From the sequence record CP044582.1: a stretch of DNA of 1,333 nucleotides; one strand, given 5' to 3'. The notes beneath the pieces are model-generated. The model was not told the origin of the DNA, made no database searches, and saw only the letters and a list, made by a program, of their open reading frames with translations. The translations under genes were made by a program, and so were the position numbers. Shown in pieces: positions 1-1,333 of the stretch (its first letter is position 1; the number at the start of each line of letters is the position of its first letter).

Positions 1-552
1 GTTCGAATTTTATCGCGTGTTAGAAAATCATTTGAATCATTTCATAATGTTGTCATTTCAAATGAAGCTTTAGTTGAAGCTGTTGAGCTTTCTGAACGTT
101 ATATTGCAGATCGATTTTTACCTGATAAAGCAATTGATGTTATCGATGAAGCTTGTACCTTAGTGGCAATGAAAGCAGTTAAGCATCCACCAGGTATTGG
201 TCCTTTTTATGAAAGGCTAGCAGCTATGCAAGAGGAAAAGGAGGAAATGCTAAGGATGAATGATTATTATGGTGCAGCAAGAATAAATGAGCAAGAAACT
301 CGTTTACGTACTGCTATTGATCACTATCAAAGATTTTATTCTGGTTTACCCGATGACGATAAATGGGTTTTAAAAAATCAAAAAGAATTTGTACAACGTT
401 TTATTCCATCGATGGAAAACCCACAAAGTTTAGAAGAAGTTTTACATGAATTAGAATGGCTCATTAAATCAGAAACAGATAGTAAAACATCAAGTGTCAA
501 AGAAGAAATATATACACAAAATGAAGACCTTGATTTTGACAATAATATCTAA
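1..552 (+). CDS. clpC: ClpC-type Hsp100/AAA+ chaperone, 3' part of the gene (5' end lies outside the window). It covers the end of the D1 module and a UVR-like middle domain, then reaches a stop with no D2 module.
   Basis: Frame +1 is open from base 1 to TAA at 550-552, in the same frame as the tracked ORF 163-552. The GTG at 163 is therefore internal. Bases 1-162 translate to VRILSRVRKSFESFHNVVISNEALVEAVELSERYIADRFLPDKAIDVIDEACTL. This contains the Clp/Hsp100 D1 small-domain signature (S/A)DRFLPDKAID(L/V)IDEA and an 'IL..(V/L)R..(F/Y)E..H.V....EAL..A..LS.RYI' context. Bases about 205-318 (FYERLAAMQEEKEEMLRMNDYYGAARINEQETRLRTAI) resemble the ClpC UVR/M-domain segment, canonical form roughly [35 protein letters not shown]. 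Confidence 0.9.
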   Translation, partial: VRILSRVRKSFESFHNVVISNEALVEAVELSERYIADRFLPDKAIDVIDEACTLVAMKAVKHPPGIGPFYERLAAMQEEKEEMLRMNDYYGAARINEQETRLRTAIDHYQRFYSGLPDDDKWVLKNQKEFVQRFIPSMENPQSLEEVLHELEWLIKSETDSKTSSVKEEIYTQNEDLDFDNNI

Positions 553-591
553 GATTACGATTTAAGTAAGACTATATGTAAATGTAAATCT

Positions 592-627
592 TTGACACTT
601 GACACTAAATTAATTTAATGGTACATT
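592..627 (+). promoter_or_regulatory. Candidate sigma70/PEP-type promoter upstream of trnK, with a tandemly duplicated -35-like heptamer.
   Basis: TTGACAC occurs twice in tandem (592-598 and 599-605). TTGACA at 599-604 is followed by a 17-nt spacer and TACATT (622-627, 4/6 match to TATAAT). TTGACA at 592-597 is followed by a 16-nt spacer and TTTAAT (614-619, 5/6 match). -10-like hexamers arise easily by chance in AT-rich DNA. Confidence 0.3.
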
Positions 628-633
628 TGTATT

Positions 634-656
634 GACCCCTCTTATAAAGAGGGGTT
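634..656 (+). terminator. GC-rich stem-loop in the clpC-trnK spacer, probably a plastid mRNA 3'-end stabilising or processing hairpin.
   Basis: Core stem CCCCTCTT (636-643) pairs with AAGAGGGG (647-654) around loop ATA. A635-T655 and G634-T656 extend the stem. It is a GC island in an AT-rich spacer and ends 1-3 nt before the trnK 5' end at 658. Confidence 0.5.
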
Positions 657-657
657 T

Positions 658-729
658 GGGTTGCTAACTCAATGGTAGAGTACTCGGCTTTTAACCGAAA
701 AGTTCTGGGTTCGAGCCCCAGGCAACTCA
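658..729 (+). tRNA. trnK: tRNA-Lys (anticodon UUU), intron-less
   Basis: A 72-nt cloverleaf folds by hand. Acceptor GGGTTGC (658-664) pairs with GCAACTC (722-728), including one G-U pair. D stem ACTC/GAGT has loop AATGGTA. Anticodon stem 683-687/695-699 has four Watson-Crick pairs plus a C27-A43 mismatch. Anticodon loop is CTTTTAA with TTT at 690-692. Variable loop is 5 nt. T arm is CTGGG-TTCGAGC-CCCAG. Discriminator is A729. No CCA is encoded. The sequence is very close to the chloroplast trnK-UUU consensus GGGTTGCTAACTCAA.GGTAGAGTACTCGGCTTTTAACCGA. Confidence 0.95.
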
Positions 730-750
730 CCTAATTAAATTTAATAATTG

Positions 751-770
751 TATATATATATATATATATA
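751..770. repeat. (TA)10 dinucleotide microsatellite
   Basis: There are twenty consecutive bases of perfect TA repeats in the trnK-psbY spacer. Confidence 0.95.
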
Positions 771-790
771 AATTATATTTAGTGGTGTCA

Positions 791-816
791 GGATTTAAAC
801 TTAATTAAATCCTTTT
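791..816 (+). terminator. AT-rich hairpin followed by a T-run, resembling an intrinsic terminator or 3'-processing stem downstream of trnK.
   Basis: GGATTTAA (791-798) pairs perfectly with TTAAATCC (805-812) around loop ACTTAA, followed by TTTT (813-816). The stem is weak, with only two G-C pairs at its base. Confidence 0.3.
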
Positions 817-863
817 GTACAATAGTTGAGAATCATTTAAATATTTATAAAGGAAAACACTAC

Positions 864-974
864 ATGGACGGACGAATCTTCGTTGTATTTATACCAGTTT
901 TTGGTGCAGCCCTGTGGGTAGTTTATAATATTGGTAGAGTTGCATTACAACAGTTGAAAAAAGCAACGCGTTAA
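864..974 (+). CDS. psbY: Photosystem II protein Y (PsbY/Ycf32), 36 aa with a single transmembrane helix.
   Basis: ATG at 864 to TAA at 972-974 translates to MDGRIFVVFIPVFGAALWVVYNIGRVALQQLKKATR. It has an AAGGA Shine-Dalgarno-like motif at 850-854, 9 nt upstream of the ATG. The N-terminal MD.R, the hydrophobic helix, the W..(F/Y)NIG..AL.Q motif and the basic tail match the PsbY pattern as I remember it from cyanobacteria and red-lineage plastids. It is absent from the ORF track, presumably because of the track's length cut-off. Confidence 0.8.
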   Translation: MDGRIFVVFIPVFGAALWVVYNIGRVALQQLKKATR

Positions 975-994
975 TTACTATTTTCGGCTTATAC

Positions 995-1034
995 ATTTGG
1001 AAATAAAAGAAAGACTCTTTCTTTATTTCCAAAT
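995..1034 (+). terminator. Long imperfect inverted repeat downstream of psbY, likely a plastid 3'-UTR stem-loop.
   Basis: ATTTGGAAATAAAAGAAAG (995-1013) pairs with CTTTCTTTATTTCCAAAT (1017-1034). That gives 18 bp with one bulged A (1008) and loop ACT. It begins 21 nt after the psbY stop. No T-run follows, so it is not a canonical intrinsic terminator. Confidence 0.55.
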
Positions 1035-1070
1035 AAAAAATATAGTATGTTGATATTGTTTATACACATT

Positions 1071-1142
1071 GCGAGTATAGCTCAGCGGTAGAGCGCAACC
1101 TTGCCAAGGTTGATGTCGCGCGTTCAAATCGCGTTACTCGCT
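1071..1142 (+). tRNA. trnG: tRNA-Gly (anticodon GCC)
   Basis: A 72-nt cloverleaf folds by hand. Acceptor GCGAGTA (1071-1077) pairs with TACTCGC (1135-1141). D arm is GCTC-AGCGGTA-GAGC. Anticodon stem is CAACC/GGTTG, with loop TTGCCAA and GCC at 1103-1105. Variable loop is ATGTC. T arm is GCGCG-TTCAAAT-CGCGT, including one G-U pair. Discriminator T1142 is the usual U73 of bacterial-type tRNA-Gly. No CCA is encoded. Confidence 0.95.
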
Positions 1143-1185
1143 TAATTTTTTGAAATAACCTTACTTATTAGTATAAAAAAATTTA

Positions 1186-1222
1186 TCTAAATTATCAGAT
1201 AATCGTTATCTGATAATTTAGA
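1186..1222. terminator. Perfect 17-bp palindromic hairpin between the convergent trnG and psb30 genes, a candidate bidirectional 3'-end element.
   Basis: TCTAAATTATCAGATAA (1186-1202) is the exact reverse complement of TTATCTGATAATTTAGA (1206-1222), with loop TCG. It lies 44 nt past the trnG 3' end and 44 nt past the psb30 stop on the other strand. Confidence 0.55.
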
Positions 1223-1266
1223 AATTAGACTAAAGAAAATTCTAAAATATATTCAATAGCTTTAAA

Positions 1267-1333
1267 TTAAAGTGCACTTGCTTTTTTAAAAGCTAAAACA
1301 GCAATGACAATAGGTCCTGATAAAATTATCAGG
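1267..1333 (-). CDS. psb30: Photosystem II protein Psb30 (Ycf12), C-terminal 21 codons plus stop. The start lies beyond the right window edge.
   Basis: The minus-strand frame with codons at 1332-1330 and onward reads LIILSGPIVIAVLAFKKASAL and stops at TAA (complement of 1267-1269). This matches the Ycf12 C-terminal pattern as I recall it: hydrophobic residues, then GP(L/I/A)VI..L(A/S).(K/R)(K/R)(G/A).L and a stop. Only part of a gene of about 33 aa is visible, so the call rests on a short motif. Confidence 0.55.
   Translation of the reverse strand, partial: LIILSGPIVIAVLAFKKASAL

Noticed and set aside
163-165. GTG at 163, given by the ORF track as the start of a 129-aa protein.
   Set aside because: The same frame is open back to base 1. 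The upstream 54 codons carry the strongly conserved Clp D1 motif DRFLPDKAIDVIDEA. The GTG is therefore an internal valine codon of a longer clpC gene, not a start.
577-588. Tandem TGTAAA-TGTAAA just after the clpC stop, and the AT-only palindrome ATTAAATTTAAT at 734-745.
   Set aside because: These are very short, low-complexity AT motifs with no supporting context. They are consistent with chance or slippage in AT-rich spacers.
815-851. Promoter-like hexamers upstream of psbY: TTGTAC at 815-820, TTGAGA at 826-831, TAAATA at 838-843 and TATAAA at 846-851.
   Set aside because: No pair has both a good match and a 16-18 nt spacer. TTGAGA to TATAAA is only 14 nt. TTGTAC to TAAATA is 17 nt, but the -10 matches only 3/6. 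In DNA this AT-rich such hexamers are expected by chance. psbY may instead be co-transcribed with trnK.
1041-1055. TATAGT (1041-1046) and TTGATA (1050-1055) upstream of trnG, as possible promoter boxes.
   Set aside because: TTGATA would place its -10 element inside the tRNA. TATAGT lacks a credible -35, since the 17-nt spacing falls on TTTCTT within the hairpin arm. The evidence is insufficient.
1048-1092. Short ORF ATG TTG ATA ... TAG (MLILFIHIASIAQR) overlapping the trnG 5' half.
   Set aside because: It is only 14 codons long, has no ribosome-binding motif and overlaps a well-supported tRNA gene. It is almost certainly spurious.
1316-1333. Palindrome CCTGATAA-AA-TTATCAGG at the window edge, as a possible separate regulatory element or terminal inverted repeat of a mobile element.
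   Set aside because: It lies inside the probable psb30 coding sequence and is cut off by the window edge. It is short and AT-rich. No transposase or target-site duplication is visible. I note it only as a motif shared with the 1186-1222 hairpin.
1-1333. A novel defence, mobile or CRISPR-like system, which the task hints might be present.
   Set aside because: There are no direct-repeat/spacer arrays and no integrase, transposase or nuclease-like ORFs. Once the two small PSII genes, the two tRNAs and the spacer hairpins are placed, no unexplained long ORF remains on either strand. The window is fully accounted for as ordinary plastid housekeeping DNA.

Overview
This AT-rich window looks like compact plastid DNA of red-algal ancestry (rhodophyte, or a red-derived plastid of an ochrophyte, haptophyte or cryptophyte). 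That reading rests on clpC, psbY and ycf12/psb30 being encoded together with intron-less, bacterial-type tRNAs. The gene order I read is: clpC 3' part (+, runs in from the left edge to 552), trnK-UUU (+, 658-729), psbY (+, 864-974), trnG-GCC (+, 1071-1142), then a convergent psb30/ycf12 3' end (-, 1267 to the right edge). The ORF track shows only part of clpC, starting at an internal GTG. It misses both small photosystem II genes, which are presumably too short for it. Every spacer carries an inverted repeat of the kind that stabilises plastid 3' ends, and there is one (TA)10 microsatellite. I see no mobile element, CRISPR array, defence system or other novel system. The most unusual feature is that clpC stops shortly after its UVR-like middle domain with no second AAA+ module, so it is either a split or a truncated gene. 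All homology calls come from motif recognition by eye and from memory, not from a database search.
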